Positions 41,268 to 53,526 are shown, counted from the first letter of the stretch. The stretch is DNA of 64,000 bases from Promethearchaeia archaeon (GCA_029856045.1 JAHQWG010000053.1:10021-74020), one strand, 5' to 3'. Translations and numbers: made by a program. The notes: generated by a model not told the origin, from the letters alone.

Positions 41268-41481
41268 CAACGTCAAAAAAAATATTAGAATTCAGGAGTA
41301 TCATTAAAAATTTTAATATAAGTTATCTTTTTTTGTTTTCATTTTCTTTTTATTTTTTTTAAAATCTTTTTTAAAATAATTTTCATTAATTTAAGAAACT
41401 TTCAACTTTAAAAATTATATAAGATATAACCTTCTAATTGTTAAATAAAAAATAAAATATGAAATTGTTGAAGGGATTAAA

Positions 41482-42600
41482 ATGTCCACAGATGAAATCC
41501 AGCCTAAAATTACCTTAAAATTCATCCTGAAAAATTTAGGCACTATAATCAAGATGAAAAGAGCCAATAGAGAACGAATGGATAAATTTACAAAAGCAAA
41601 TCAGCTACTTAAAGCACCAATCATGCCCACTACCGAAGGTACTGGAGGAGCAATGGAAGAAGGTATGATCTATATTATATTCAACTCCAATGAAGAAACA
41701 TCCCCCGAAATCTTCGATAGCGTATTCCGGGTATTTTGGGCCAATGCACCCGATTTGAAATTTTCAGTTTTTGATGGTGCCCTCCTCTCTGAAAACTTTA
41801 AATCTGGCCAATGGGTAAGGTCTTTCGGTAAGGGAATTTTCGAAAATCTTTCTAAAAAGCGCTTTCACCAAGAGGTACATTTCGAAGAATGCGACTTGGA
41901 ATTCGATGGTATATGGCCAGATGGCTATAAATTGATTTTCCATGATAGAAAACTTGATATCAAGGGAAATTTAGCCTATGAAGCAATAGACCCGAAAGGA
42001 GTATTAGTCTATTATAATAATCGCCTTACAGTAGCGCCCTCTATGGCCGAACAATTCTATGATATTTTCGCAATAAAAGTAACAGGCACTATAGAAATGC
42101 AAGGAAAAAAAATTCACGTTTCTAATGGGAGGGGTATCATCGAGCATGGATTAGGTATTTTTTCAAATTTTGACATATATGATTGGAGATGGCTCAATTT
42201 ACAGTTTCCCGAAGGGCAGATCCATCTCTTCTACCATTCGCTTGACCTTAAGGATGAGGGAATTTATATAGCCGGGGAAGGGGCTGCCGTCATGAATGGT
42301 GATTGGTATCACTTCCAACCAGGAGATTTCCAAATAAAGGAAATGGGCTATGGTGCAGATGATATTGTTCCAACTAAAGTGCCAATCGAATGGAAAGTGA
42401 CCGCTGGGAAAGATACCCAGGGAGAACCCCTCTTAGACTTGAAAATGGTGTCCACCACTAAACTCTCTTGGCACGGAGCAATGGCTAAAGAAAATCAAGC
42501 CATAACTAATTATATCCTTGACGCTGACGGAACATGGAAAGGAAAAACCATTAAAGGGAAGGGGACAATGGAAAACCAAATGCATAGAGTAATTAAATGA
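41482..42600 (+). CDS. AttH/CrtC/Svf1-like double-lipocalin fold protein
   Basis: VTGTIEMQGK..GRGIIEHGLG...WRWLNLQF, VPIEWKV, IKGKGTME resemble this fold family. Confidence 0.55.
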   Translation: MSTDEIQPKITLKFILKNLGTIIKMKRANRERMDKFTKANQLLKAPIMPTTEGTGGAMEEGMIYIIFNSNEETSPEIFDSVFRVFWANAPDLKFSVFDGALLSENFKSGQWVRSFGKGIFENLSKKRFHQEVHFEECDLEFDGIWPDGYKLIFHDRKLDIKGNLAYEAIDPKGVLVYYNNRLTVAPSMAEQFYDIFAIKVTGTIEMQGKKIHVSNGRGIIEHGLGIFSNFDIYDWRWLNLQFPEGQIHLFYHSLDLKDEGIYIAGEGAAVMNGDWYHFQPGDFQIKEMGYGADDIVPTKVPIEWKVTAGKDTQGEPLLDLKMVSTTKLSWHGAMAKENQAITNYILDADGTWKGKTIKGKGTMENQMHRVIK

Positions 42601-42790
42601 TCTATGTAATATTTCTTGTAAATAACTCTTCAAATTATATTCTCAACTATTTCTTTTACTGAACTAGGATAAGTATTTGCATAATCTTATTTTTGCTAAC
42701 TATAGAAATGATTTTTTAGATGATTATTTTTTTACATATTTTTAATTTAAAAATAATTTATTCAATTAAAGAACATGTAAAAAAGTTTTT

Positions 42791-43600
42791 TCAAGAATAA
42801 TTTAAAGATCTATTTTTTTGGTTTATTAAATCTTGAATTGTAATCTCAGGATGATGATATCTCTGTGTTTTTAAAGTTTATATACCGAATTGAATAGATT
42901 TTTCAGGGCAAAAATTAATACATGCTAAGCATTGCTGACATTTATGCTGCCATTGTGGTATTCCCTCTATTAGTATAATATTATTTACAGGACAAACCTT
43001 TTCACATATACCACACTTGTTGCAATTATCATCGGCGTAGAATGATTTATCACTTTCATACACTTCCTCTCGAAATTTATTATTAAATCTTTCACTCTTG
43101 CTTACATCTTTTTTAAAAATATCTTGATTGAGATTTTCTCTTTTATCCTTTAAAATTTCAGAGATAAATTCAACTTCTTTAATTGCTTTTTCGAAAAACT
43201 CTTTTTGACGCTCTTCTGAGTGAATATCATACGCAATAATATAATTATTGGGCATAGTGATATAAAATCCAGCACTAAGCGTTTTCGCTTTCGTTTTTAA
43301 AATCTTCTCTAACTGTTGTAAAGGCTGTTCGTTAATATCTCCAGCATACGTTATAACCGCAAAAAAATAATTAGATTTACTAAGATCTATTTTGTATATA
43401 AAATCATACACTATTTTAGGCAATCCAGAATAATATAAGGGAAAAATAAAACCTACTTTTTCACTCCTCGATGAAAGGTTTTCCATTTCCCAAACCTTTG
43501 CAATGGGTATAAGTTCACAGTCTTCTAACTTTTCGGCAAGGATTCTCGCAATCTTTAAAGAATTGCCCGTTCCAGTAAAAAAATAGATTGTCGTTTCCAT
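42791..43600 (-). pseudogene. EFR1-type flavodoxin-ferredoxin with an in-frame TAA near the C-terminus
   Basis: FTGTGNS, CNKCGICEKVCP, CQQCLACINFCP. After the TAA (42878-42880) the frame continues TLKTQRYHHPEI...* to 42791. Confidence 0.75.
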
Positions 43601-43736
43601 ATATATTTAAAATGTTCTCTTCTTTTAGAGTTTATTAAACTTTAATCTAATTTTTGGTAAGAATTCACTTCTTGTATAATATATGTGCATCAACTTACGA
43701 TTAGGCATTTTATAATCTTTTGGATTTATGATCGCT

Positions 43737-43967
43737 TTATTTATCATATTTTTCCCTCAAATGTTCTTCCGAGTTTAAGAAAATTTCACAATCACAAAAT
43801 CCGCCAGATTCTCTGCAATCTTCTAAAAACTCTTCTCGGTTCTCTTTGAGAATATTCATTTCTTCTAATATTATCTCTGCATTGGTTAAATCACGTCCAT
43901 TACATCCATTGATTTCTAATAATTCTTCTAATCGATTAAAAAATCTCTCTAAATCTTTTTTATTCAT
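43737..43967 (-). CDS. DUF2695-like small protein
   Basis: GC...GGFCDCEIFLN signature. Confidence 0.75.
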   Translation of the reverse strand: MNKKDLERFFNRLEELLEINGCNGRDLTNAEIILEEMNILKENREEFLEDCRESGGFCDCEIFLNSEEHLREKYDK

Positions 43968-44205
43968 TTGTAATTCTCCAATTAATTAAGAATTTTAGAA
44001 TAAATAAGTTATTCAACAATCTATTTATAAATTTTGTTGAAATTTAATTTCATACTCGATTATAATTTCACGATTAGGATTTAAGTTAACTTTAATAATG
44101 TAATCAAGTAACTTGGATATAATACCTCGAATTTTAATCTTGAAGAAAAATCATAAGGATTTCTTAAAGTTTTCCCTTTAAAGGTAGTTTTGTTAATTTT
44201 CAATA

Positions 44206-45195
44206 TTAGTTAGCTTTCTTTGGTTTTTTTCTGATTAATCTTACACCCAAACTTATTTCATCAGCCTTTTCCTCGGGACCTTTCCAGAATGGATATGTCT
44301 TTTTTAATATTTTTATTTTTTTTATTTTAAATATTAAAAGAGCAGTAAGATTAATTGCAAGGATATTTGACATTAAAAGAATAAAACTTCCAAAAGACAA
44401 AAGAGCATTTCCATAGATTAGAGCTACTCCAATATTAACGGCGGGAGGCATCAAAGATACCGCAATAGCAATACCAACTAAAGAAGATTCTATTCTACCC
44501 GTTATGGCGAATGCTACAGCTAACCCGGCGCCAATTGAAACGATTAAATCAAAAACCGTTGGAAAATTTCTATTCATCATTTCATGGGTTGCAGAGGGTG
44601 AATCATAAATAAGGAAAGCCAAACTTCCCAGGACAATTCCAGTCCCTATTGCAATAAGAATTCCAAAAAGTTGTCCAAAGATTCCTTTTTTAACTAAGAT
44701 ATAATTTTTGCTTATCATTCCATATGAAACGCCCAGTATAGGACCCATTAATGGAGATATGATCATTGCCCCTATAATAATCGCCGTAGAATTTAAAATA
44801 AGCCCTGCTCCTGCGATCAAAGCAGCTATGATGATAAAAATATAATAATTTAAATTTAATTCCATAACTTCTTTTAAAGTGGATTCGATTTCTTCTACAG
44901 ATATCCGGCTTGTAATTTCATCAGAAACATCACTTTCTTCTTCTTTCAACTCTGGAATTGTAACATCTAATTTTAATATATCTATAATACCAAATTCAGT
45001 TCCCACTCCAATTTCATTAAGAACTTCTAAAACTCTAGCAACTTTAATTTTAGTGCAACGTATAATGACTAAAGAATTACTTTTACCTTCCAATAATATC
45101 ATATTTTTAATGTTAAGTTTCTCATTTAAAGCTTTTATTAATGATTCAATACGGCTTTTTGGTTCATTAGGAAGACTTATCTGAATTTGACTCAT
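44206..45195 (-). CDS. TIGR00341/DUF389 membrane protein
   Basis: IIIGAMIISPLMGPI, GIAIAVSLMPP. Confidence 0.88.
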   Translation of the reverse strand: MSQIQISLPNEPKSRIESLIKALNEKLNIKNMILLEGKSNSLVIIRCTKIKVARVLEVLNEIGVGTEFGIIDILKLDVTIPELKEEESDVSDEITSRISVEEIESTLKEVMELNLNYYIFIIIAALIAGAGLILNSTAIIIGAMIISPLMGPILGVSYGMISKNYILVKKGIFGQLFGILIAIGTGIVLGSLAFLIYDSPSATHEMMNRNFPTVFDLIVSIGAGLAVAFAITGRIESSLVGIAIAVSLMPPAVNIGVALIYGNALLSFGSFILLMSNILAINLTALLIFKIKKIKILKKTYPFWKGPEEKADEISLGVRLIRKKPKKAN

Positions 45196-45446
45196 TTTAA
45201 ACTATCCTTGGATGTATTAGTACAATTAGATTTTTAACTAATAATAAAAATTCTATAATATTTATAATAATTTTCTTTTTAACTAAAATGTGAATAAAAC
45301 TTACGTTAATTTATTTAACCTACATTCCTTAAATAAATTCTTTTTATTTTCATTCTCTAATTATTATTGAATCTTTTTTAATCTATTCTGTAGCAATTTC
45401 ATAGAAAAACAGAAACTTTAAAGGTTTTCGAAAGAGATTAATAATC

Positions 45447-48056
45447 CTAAATGATGAATTCTCCTACTTTTTTAAAGTCAAAGACGTTATCTTTATTGTA
45501 ATCAACTTCTAAAATATCTCCTTCAATAAAATCACCTTCTAATAACTTCAAAGATAACGGATTTTGAATGTATGTTTGTATTGCTCTTTTCAACGGTCTT
45601 GCCCCGTAATCTGGATCGAATCCTTTTTCACTAAGAAATTCTTTTGCCTTATCCGTGAGCTTTAATTTAATTTTATTGTCAGATAATATTTTGTTTAAGT
45701 TTCTAAGTTGTATATCTACGATTTGTTTTATCTGATCTTTTTTTAAGAAGTTAAAAACTATTATATCATCAACGCGATTTAGAAATTCAGGCCTGAAATA
45801 ACTACTCAGTGTCTTCAAAATTAATTCTTTAGTTTCTTCTTTGCCCTTACCGCGGGATTCTAATATATATTGACTACCGATATTGCTAGTCATGATTATA
45901 ATTGTATTCCTAAAATCTACAGTCCTTCCATGACCATCTGTTAAACGCCCATCATCCATAATCTGCAATAATATGTTAAACACTTCTGGATGTGCTTTTT
46001 CGATTTCATCAAAGAGTATTACTGCATAAGGTCTTCGCCTTATAGCTTCTGTTAAATATCCACCTTCTTCATAACCAACATATCCTGGAGGTGCACCAAT
46101 CAATCTCGCTATGCTGTGTTTCTCCATAAATTCTGACATATCAATTCTTACCATAGCATTTTCATCGTCAAAAAGAAATTCCGCTAAAGCTTTAGCAGTC
46201 TCGGTTTTTCCGACTCCTGTTGGACCCATAAAAATGAAAGTGCCTATTGGTCTATTCGGATCTTGAATTCCTGCCCTTGCTCTCCTAATAGCATTTGAGA
46301 TTTTTACTAATGCCTCATCTTGTCCAATTACCCTTTGTTTTAATCGATTTTCCATTTTTAACAATTTTTCTCGTTCTCCCTCCAACATTCTTGAAACGGG
46401 AATACCAGTCCATTGAGAAACTACTTTTGCTATGTCTTCTTCGTCAACTTCTTGCTTTAACATTTTATTATTTTTTTGAATTTCATTCAATTCTGTGTTA
46501 TATTTTTCTAAATCTTTCTTCAATTGATTAAGTATACCATAAATTAATTCGGCGGCTTTCCCAAGATCTCCACGTTTTTCGGCTTTATCAGCTTCTATCT
46601 TTGTTTCTTCCATCTTTCTCTTAATTTCGCTAATTTTTACTATTTTTTCTTTTTCGTTTCTCCATTGAATCTGCATTTTATCGCTTTCTTCATGTAGATT
46701 ATGAAGCTCTTCGTCGATCTTTTTAAGTTTATCATTGGCAGATTTATCCTTTTCTCTTTTCAAAGCTTCTTTTTGGATTTCTAATTGGATAATTTTCCTC
46801 TCAATAGCATCAATTTCGGTTGGCATACTATCTATTTCTATCCTTAATCTAGAAGCAGCTTCATCTATAAGATCTATAGCTTTATCAGGTAAAAAGCGAT
46901 CTGTAATATATCTATGAGATAAAATAACGGCTGCAATTATTGCAGAATCTGTTATTCGAACTCCATGATGTATTTCATACTTTTCTTTTAAACCTCTTAG
47001 AATTGCTATAGAATCTTCTACAGATGGCTCAGCGATATAAATGGTTTGAAATCTACGAGTTAATGCAGCATCTTTCTCAATGTATTTACGATATTCATCT
47101 AATGTTGTAGCGCCAATACATCGCAATTCTCCTCTGGCTAACGCAGGTTTTAACATATTTGAAGCATCAATCGCTCCTTCAGCTGCACCGGCTCCTACTA
47201 AAGTGTGTAATTCATCAATAAATAAAATAAATTTTCCAGCACCTTCTTCAACTTCTTTTAAGAATGCCTTTAAACGATCTTCAAATTCACCACGATATTT
47301 CGCTCCGGCAATGAGGGCTCCTAAATCTAAAGATATAAGATCCTTTTCTTTTAAAGAATCTGGAACATCATTACTAGAAATCCGTTGAGCTAGACCTTCC
47401 ACAATAGCGGTTTTTCCAACACCAGCTTCTCCAATTAATACGGGATTGTTTTTTGTGCGTCTTGAAAGGATATGCATAACCCTTCTTATCTCGTCGTCTC
47501 TTCCAATCACGGGATCTAGTTTTCCTCTTCTTGCTAAATCCGTAAAATTGCGACTATATTTCAGAATTGCTTGATATTTTCCCTCAGGATCTTGGTCTGT
47601 TATAGTTCGATTACCTCTAATATTACTTAAGGCTTGAAGAATCCTGTCTTTAGTTATTCCATAATTTCTTAATATAGGATAAATTGACAGAGACTCGTCT
47701 GCTGCTATTGCAATTAGTAAATGTTCAGTACTTAGATATTGATCTCTTAAAAATCCTGCTTCCTTCCATGCAACATCGAATATTTTTTTAATTCTTGGTG
47801 AGATCCTGACATCTGTAACTCCAGGTCCTGTAACTTTTGGCAACTTATCCAATTCCGCTTTCAAATCGTTTAATAATGTGTAAAGATTTACTCCGAGTTT
47901 TTGAAAAAGTGGTGTAGCTATTCCATCTTGTTGCTCGATCAACGAAACTAACAAATGAGGGGGTTCTATTTCCTGATTTTCGTTATTTTGGGCTAGTGAT
48001 TGAGCAGCCATTAGACCCTCTTGAACTTTAATCGTGAATTTATCAAATTTCATCAT
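45447..48056 (-). CDS. clpB: ATP-dependent disaggregase ClpB
   Basis: Two AAA+ domains ([16 protein letters not shown]), GAKYRGEFE, long M-domain, GYVG; no ClpP-binding IGF loop. Confidence 0.97.
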   Translation of the reverse strand: MMKFDKFTIKVQEGLMAAQSLAQNNENQEIEPPHLLVSLIEQQDGIATPLFQKLGVNLYTLLNDLKAELDKLPKVTGPGVTDVRISPRIKKIFDVAWKEAGFLRDQYLSTEHLLIAIAADESLSIYPILRNYGITKDRILQALSNIRGNRTITDQDPEGKYQAILKYSRNFTDLARRGKLDPVIGRDDEIRRVMHILSRRTKNNPVLIGEAGVGKTAIVEGLAQRISSNDVPDSLKEKDLISLDLGALIAGAKYRGEFEDRLKAFLKEVEEGAGKFILFIDELHTLVGAGAAEGAIDASNMLKPALARGELRCIGATTLDEYRKYIEKDAALTRRFQTIYIAEPSVEDSIAILRGLKEKYEIHHGVRITDSAIIAAVILSHRYITDRFLPDKAIDLIDEAASRLRIEIDSMPTEIDAIERKIIQLEIQKEALKREKDKSANDKLKKIDEELHNLHEESDKMQIQWRNEKEKIVKISEIKRKMEETKIEADKAEKRGDLGKAAELIYGILNQLKKDLEKYNTELNEIQKNNKMLKQEVDEEDIAKVVSQWTGIPVSRMLEGEREKLLKMENRLKQRVIGQDEALVKISNAIRRARAGIQDPNRPIGTFIFMGPTGVGKTETAKALAEFLFDDENAMVRIDMSEFMEKHSIARLIGAPPGYVGYEEGGYLTEAIRRRPYAVILFDEIEKAHPEVFNILLQIMDDGRLTDGHGRTVDFRNTIIIMTSNIGSQYILESRGKGKEETKELILKTLSSYFRPEFLNRVDDIIVFNFLKKDQIKQIVDIQLRNLNKILSDNKIKLKLTDKAKEFLSEKGFDPDYGARPLKRAIQTYIQNPLSLKLLEGDFIEGDILEVDYNKDNVFDFKKVGEFII

Positions 48057-48069
48057 CTTATAATTTTAC

Positions 48070-49080
48070 CTATAAACCTGTTTTTTGTAATTTTTCTAAT
48101 AAATCTTTTTGGTTCTTTTTTAATCTTTTAGGAACTTTAATTTTTATTCTAACCATTAGATTACCCTTTTGCTCTGAATTAATTTTATAAAAACCTTGAT
48201 TTTTTAATCGGAGGACTGTAGAATCTTCGGTTCCGGGAGGAATTGTAACGTTTAAAGTTTTTTCTGTACCAGGCACTTGAACATTACCTCCTAATACCGC
48301 TGTTGTAAATGGGATTTCTTGTTCTATATATACATCATCGTCTTTTCTTTCAAATTTACTATGCTTTTTAATTTTTACAATAATATATAAATCTCCAGGT
48401 TTACCTCCATTTTCTCCAGGCAAACCTTTCCCTTTAAGGCGTAACTTTTGATTGTCTTTAATTCCTCTAGGAATCTTTATAGTTAAAGTCTTATTTTGCC
48501 CCATTAGAGGATCTTTATATTGAATTTTTCGTTGAATGCCATTAAATGCATCCATAAAATCAATTTCGATGTTATATTTTAAATCTTCTCCTTCTCTTGG
48601 AATATTATAATCTGCCGATGTTGATCTAGATCTTGTACTACCCCCTCTATGGGAAAATACGTCAAATATATCTCCTAAATCGTTAAAAAAGTCAAATCCC
48701 CCAGTTTTACGACTTTTACTTGATTTTCCAAAAATATCGTTAAAATTATAACCTTCAGATGAACCAGTGGTTGAGTAATAAAAAGGTGTACCATCTGGTG
48801 ATTGATAAACTTGCCCATCTCTTCCAGAAACACCGCCCCATTGCTGATAGGTAGAGGGATCTCCTTCTACCACACCAAATTTGTCAAACATTTCTCTTTT
48901 TTTATCATCACTTAGAACACTATATGCCTCGTTAATTTCTTTAAATTTCTCTCCTGATTTAGGCTCGTCTGGATTTACATCAGGATGATATTTTCTTGCT
49001 AACTTGCGAAATACCCTCTTAATTTCTTCTTTTGAAGCACCTTTATCGATTCCTAATATTTTATAATAATCTTTTGCCAT
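48070..49080 (-). CDS. dnaJ: Class B J-domain protein (DnaJ/CbpA-like, no Zn finger)
   Basis: J domain with HPD, G/F region with DIF motifs, C-terminal domains; no CxxCxGxG repeats. Confidence 0.9.
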   Translation of the reverse strand: MAKDYYKILGIDKGASKEEIKRVFRKLARKYHPDVNPDEPKSGEKFKEINEAYSVLSDDKKREMFDKFGVVEGDPSTYQQWGGVSGRDGQVYQSPDGTPFYYSTTGSSEGYNFNDIFGKSSKSRKTGGFDFFNDLGDIFDVFSHRGGSTRSRSTSADYNIPREGEDLKYNIEIDFMDAFNGIQRKIQYKDPLMGQNKTLTIKIPRGIKDNQKLRLKGKGLPGENGGKPGDLYIIVKIKKHSKFERKDDDVYIEQEIPFTTAVLGGNVQVPGTEKTLNVTIPPGTEDSTVLRLKNQGFYKINSEQKGNLMVRIKIKVPKRLKKNQKDLLEKLQKTGL

Positions 49081-49112
49081 GTTTTACACTTTCGTTTTTA
49101 CTACAGTAAATT

Positions 49113-49140
49113 AAAAAAAAAAAAGAAAACAGCTAGTTTT
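49113..49140 (-). terminator. Intra-operon U-tract terminator/attenuator after dnaK
   Basis: Minus strand reads AAAACTAGCTGTTTTC followed by T12, right after the dnaK stop. Confidence 0.5.
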
Positions 49141-49144
49141 AAAC

Positions 49145-50977
49145 TTATTCAAACTCAGCATCTATAAAATCATCGTCTTGACCAGTAGCTTTTCGGTATT
49201 TTTCTTCTTCTATTTCGTCTTGTGTTTTACCTTGTTGTTGTTTATACATTCGAGCTGAAACTTCGTGTAAGGATTGTTGTAATTCTTCAATAGCACTTTT
49301 AATTCTATTTTCATCATCTGATTCCATAGCACCTCTAAGATCTGATATCTTTTGTAAAATTTTATCCTTTAAATCACCAATTATTTCTTCATTTTCTTTA
49401 AGTAATTTTTCAGTTTGATAGATCAGTGCTTCTCCTTGATTTTTAACTTCTACTAATTCTTTGAATCTTTTATCTTCTTCAGCATGACCCTCAGCTTCTC
49501 GAATTTTTTGCTCGATATCGTTATCAGACATCTTGGTAGACGCGGTAATTGTGATTGATTGACTTTTTCCAGTACCTTTGTCTTTAGCCGAAACATTTAA
49601 AATACCGTTTTGATCAATATCAAACTTCACCTCAATTTGAGGCACGCCTCTTGGTGCTGGTGGAATTCCAGTTAAATTAAATTTCCCTAAAGTAATGTTA
49701 TTCTTTGCTATAGGGCGCTCGCCTTGTAGGACATGAATTTCTACTGCCGGTTGATTATCTGCAGCTGTTGAGAATATTTCTTTTTTTTCCACCGGGATAG
49801 TGGTGTTTCTTTCAATTAATCTAGTGAAAACACCTCCTAAAGTTTCAACACCTAAAGACAATGGAGTTACATCTAATAAGAGTAAATCCTTAACTTCTCC
49901 TGTTAAAACGCCCCCTTGTATCGCAGCACCCATCGCAACGCACTCCATAGGATCAATGGCTCTCTCAGGTGGTTTACCTATTAAATCTTCGAATTTATGT
50001 TGGACGCTAGGCATTCTTGTAGGTCCACCAACTAAAATTACTTTACCAATTTCTCCTTTCTTTAATCCCGCATCTTTGAATGCTTTCAAAATGGGAGCAT
50101 CTAATCGTTTTAACACGGGATCGATTAATTGTTCTAATTTAGCCCTTGTAAATGTCATGGTTAGATGCTTTGGACCTTCATCTGTTGCAGTAATATATGG
50201 CAAATTAATATCAGTAGTTATTGAAGTAGATAATTCAATTTTTGCCTTTTCAGCAGCTTCTCGAACCCTTTGCATTGCCATCGAATCTTTTCTTAAATCA
50301 ATACCTTGTTCTTTTTGAAATTCTGAAACTATGTAATCAACAAGAAGGTTATCCATATCTGTCCCTCCTAATTGAGTGTCTCCTGATGTCGAAATAACTT
50401 CAAATACTTTGTTATCCATCTCCATTATTGTGACATCAAATGTACCACCGCCAAAATCTAACACTGCAATTTTTAAGCTAGCACCTTCTTTATCTAAACC
50501 ATATGCCATAGCTGCTGCAGTAGGTTCGTTGATTAATCGCCTTACGTTCAATCCAGCTATCCTACCAGCATCTTTTGTCGCTTGTCTTTGATTATCGTTA
50601 AAATATGCAGGAACAGTTATAATAGCGTCAGTGACCTTTTCGCCCAAATAAGCACTAGCATCATCTTTAATTTTTCTCAGTATCAAAGCAGAGATCTCTT
50701 GAGGGGTGTAATCTTTTCCATCAATTTTAACTTTATAAGAAGTTCCCATTTTCCTCTTTATTCCTGTAATCGTTCGATCTGGATTCGAAATTGCTTGTCT
50801 TCGAGCAGGTTCTCCAATTATTCTTTGTCCATCCTTCGTAAAAGCTACATAAGAAGGAAATGCTTTTCCTCCTAAACTAACTCCTTCAGCACTAGGTATA
50901 ATCGTTGGTTTTCCGCCAATTAATACAGCAGCTGCTGAGTTGGAAGTTCCTAAATCGATTCCTATTATTTTTCCCAT
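49145..50977 (-). CDS. dnaK: Hsp70 chaperone DnaK (archaeal/monoderm type)
   Basis: [33 protein letters not shown]; lacks the diderm-specific insert. Confidence 0.98.
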   Translation of the reverse strand: MGKIIGIDLGTSNSAAAVLIGGKPTIIPSAEGVSLGGKAFPSYVAFTKDGQRIIGEPARRQAISNPDRTITGIKRKMGTSYKVKIDGKDYTPQEISALILRKIKDDASAYLGEKVTDAIITVPAYFNDNQRQATKDAGRIAGLNVRRLINEPTAAAMAYGLDKEGASLKIAVLDFGGGTFDVTIMEMDNKVFEVISTSGDTQLGGTDMDNLLVDYIVSEFQKEQGIDLRKDSMAMQRVREAAEKAKIELSTSITTDINLPYITATDEGPKHLTMTFTRAKLEQLIDPVLKRLDAPILKAFKDAGLKKGEIGKVILVGGPTRMPSVQHKFEDLIGKPPERAIDPMECVAMGAAIQGGVLTGEVKDLLLLDVTPLSLGVETLGGVFTRLIERNTTIPVEKKEIFSTAADNQPAVEIHVLQGERPIAKNNITLGKFNLTGIPPAPRGVPQIEVKFDIDQNGILNVSAKDKGTGKSQSITITASTKMSDNDIEQKIREAEGHAEEDKRFKELVEVKNQGEALIYQTEKLLKENEEIIGDLKDKILQKISDLRGAMESDDENRIKSAIEELQQSLHEVSARMYKQQQGKTQDEIEEEKYRKATGQDDDFIDAEFE

Positions 50978-51020
50978 TCTATATCACTTCTTTTTATATA
51001 TTTTATTCTTATTTTAATTT

Positions 51021-51698
51021 TTATAGAATTTCGTTATTTGATTTTTTTGATATTTTGACCCGAGCGGGTCTTAAAACTTGTTTTTTATTGTTAAAATAAT
51101 AACCTTTATTCAATTCTTTTGTTATTATATCTTCAGGGATATCTTCATTATATTCGACCATTACAGCATCATGTTTATAAGGATCAAATTTTTCTCCTTC
51201 GCAATTCATTGGCTCAACACCCTCGTCAACAAGGAGTTTTTCAAAATTTTTAACTACCATTTCAAATCCCTTCATTAAAGATTCATCTGTTTCATAAGAC
51301 TTTGATAGTACTAATGTCCTTATTAAATCCTCGTAATGTTCGATTAATTTCTTCAAAATATTCTCCTTTACATAAAACTTATACCTTTCTTTTTCGCGTT
51401 CTGAGATTTTCTTGAAATTTTCAAAATCCGCTTTTACTCTTATCATAGAGTTAAGATATTCTTCAGACTGTTCTTTTAATTCTCTAATTTTTATTTCGTA
51501 TTTTCTCAATCCGTCGATTTCTCGATGTAATATTTCATTCTCTGATTTTAATTTTCCGTATTGTTCTGCTAGTAAATCAAATTTTTCTGCTTTTTCCTTA
51601 AGGGTTTTGTATTGTTCCTCCGATATTAAAGTATTATCAGAAGGATCTTTAAGAAATCTTCGATCATTTGGAAGTTTATTAAAATTATCTCCAAACAT
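51021..51698 (-). CDS. grpE: Nucleotide exchange factor GrpE
   Basis: ADFENFKK, FDPYKHDAV, KGY...VLRPARVKI. Confidence 0.95.
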   Translation of the reverse strand: MFGDNFNKLPNDRRFLKDPSDNTLISEEQYKTLKEKAEKFDLLAEQYGKLKSENEILHREIDGLRKYEIKIRELKEQSEEYLNSMIRVKADFENFKKISEREKERYKFYVKENILKKLIEHYEDLIRTLVLSKSYETDESLMKGFEMVVKNFEKLLVDEGVEPMNCEGEKFDPYKHDAVMVEYNEDIPEDIITKELNKGYYFNNKKQVLRPARVKISKKSNNEIL

Positions 51699-52304
51699 CC
51701 TAAATATCAGATCTCCCTTCTTTATTTATTAATTTCAATTTTATCTTCTTAATTTTCATTCTAAATTCTAAAGAATTTAAAAGTACTTTTTAGCTTTGCT
51801 AAAGATTAAAATGATTTTTTTATTAATAAAATTAATTGTACAAATTGGATTAGAATAAAAATTAGATGATTAATACTCATGAAAATAATATTGAGATAAA
51901 TACTTAGATTGTAGATTCCAAAACTGCAATGAAAAAGCTAATTAATATAGATATTGATAGAGTAATAATTGATAACTATTCACGAATTAAAGAATTATTA
52001 AATCGGTATAATTATTACAAATTTTCACTTAGGAGTATTTAAGAATCTAAAAAGGAATGCTTTATTATTCCAAAAAATACTATCTAATTTACATGTAAAA
52101 AAAGATTTACATTTATCAATTATAATTTATCTTCATAACTAATAATATTTTATAATAAGATATTTCAAAATATAGACATAATTTATTGGGTATTAAAAAT
52201 AAATCAATTATCTTTTAATGAAAATCAAATTTTTTAATTTTAATAATGATGCTGAACTATCCATAAAAGAGGTTCTATCTCTAAAAATAAAAGTAAATTG
52301 TAAT

Positions 52305-52751
52305 TTATAAATCAGAAGAACTAAAATTTCGATCTGAATGAACAAATTTAAAATATTCAAAATGACCCGAAATCTCTTCTTGAAAATCCTTTAATTCTTC
52401 ATTTTTCAACAGACTATTAAAAAAATTCACTACAGAATTATAAATTTTCTCAATAAATGTATCTGTCCGACTCATTTCATAAGAAAGTTCCAAAATAGCT
52501 TCATAATTTATTGTTAAGTCGATTTCCCTTCTAATCTCTTCAGTTAACTGTTCTTTAAGCTTTTTAATCCTCATATTAGTCCATATCGTTTCATAAACAA
52601 AATAATTTATAAATTGTATAAATTCTGTTAACGACGCAACCCCTAAAGCTATAGTAATATCACTGGTGACTATAAATGCTGTGAAAAAACCGATAAATAT
52701 TGTTATAACCCTATAAATTATACTTTTTATAAGACTCTCTTTCCATTCCAT
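52305..52751 (-). CDS. DUF2061-domain protein
   Basis: SLIKSIIYR...YFVYETIW N-terminal signature. Confidence 0.7.
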   Translation of the reverse strand: MEWKESLIKSIIYRVITIFIGFFTAFIVTSDITIALGVASLTEFIQFINYFVYETIWTNMRIKKLKEQLTEEIRREIDLTINYEAILELSYEMSRTDTFIEKIYNSVVNFFNSLLKNEELKDFQEEISGHFEYFKFVHSDRNFSSSDL

Positions 52752-52959
52752 CTTTAATTAACACCTTTTAAATTTTAATTTAATTCAATCCCTTTTTCCT
52801 GTGAGATTTTTCTTTCTCGCCATCGAGAATTTTTCTACCTATTTTTTAAAGGTTCAAAAGAGATATAATAATTATGGCTTAAAAACATTAAATGTATTTA
52901 GCGTCCGTATTCATTGATTTTAATTATTAAAAATTATCTCTGTTCCCCAAGAACTAGGA

Positions 52960-53070
52960 TTACATCTTTATTTTACTCAAAATATCATCGAGATAATTAA
53001 TATTTTCCTGTTTGAGTTCTTCCTTTAACGCATTTGCTAAAAAATATCTAAACGCCCATACTTCCAAATT
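52960..53070 (-). pseudogene. Duplicated 3' end of the NYN-domain gene
   Basis: NLEVWAFRYFLANALKEELKQENINYLDDILSKIKM*. 53015-53069 matches 57987-58041 at 53/55 nt. Confidence 0.9.
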
Positions 53071-53211
53071 CTATTAATAGCATCTTTATAAAAGACATTT
53101 TTTATAAAAAAGTAAAATATATATGCATACTTATAAATTTGTATTTTGCACCGAAATCTAATCTAATAAAAAAAAATACAAAATGAAATTTTATAGAGGT
53201 GGTAAATAAAA

Positions 53212-53526
53212 ATGATATTTATTTCATATTGGGAGTTAAATCCTGATTTTGATCCAGCAGATATGGCTAATATTGCACAAGAGCTTATTAGTAAAAAAAT
53301 CTACCCCCCTGAAGGAGTTAAGGAAATTGCATTTTATGTTAGTACCTCGGATAATTGGGGTATTAGTATAGATGAAGCCGACAGTGAAGAAGCTTTAGCA
53401 AGGAATACTGCTATGTGGAGAATTGCTAAACCTGGTATAATGAAATTTATTAAAACCACTCCTGCTATGGAAGTAGTCAAAATACTCCCAATATTAGTAA
53501 AATTGAAAAAACAAATAAAAGGTTAA
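53212..53526 (+). CDS. DUF3303-like small protein
   Basis: FISYW...PEGVK...WGISIDEADSEE...KTTPAM; GAGGTG SD. Confidence 0.65.
   Translation: MIFISYWELNPDFDPADMANIAQELISKKIYPPEGVKEIAFYVSTSDNWGISIDEADSEEALARNTAMWRIAKPGIMKFIKTTPAMEVVKILPILVKLKKQIKG

Noticed and set aside
41177-41362. 61-aa ORF from the track
   Set aside because: It overlaps the better-supported SD-led 35-aa TM ORF (41160-41267) and runs into the T-rich terminator.
49800-50875. Antisense ORFs over dnaK, and similar ones over clpB, thiolase, the GlpA operon and MFS genes
   Set aside because: These are shadow frames of conserved genes with no motifs or SD support.
51789-51803. CIRCE element
   Set aside because: It shares only TTAGC/GCTAA and lacks the TTAGCACTC-N9-GAGTGCTAA structure; there is no hrcA.
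42661-52960. Shared 10-mer GAACTAGGAT (42661, 52951) and recurring AGTCTTAT near gene ends
   Set aside because: Too short to separate from chance without a genome-wide count.
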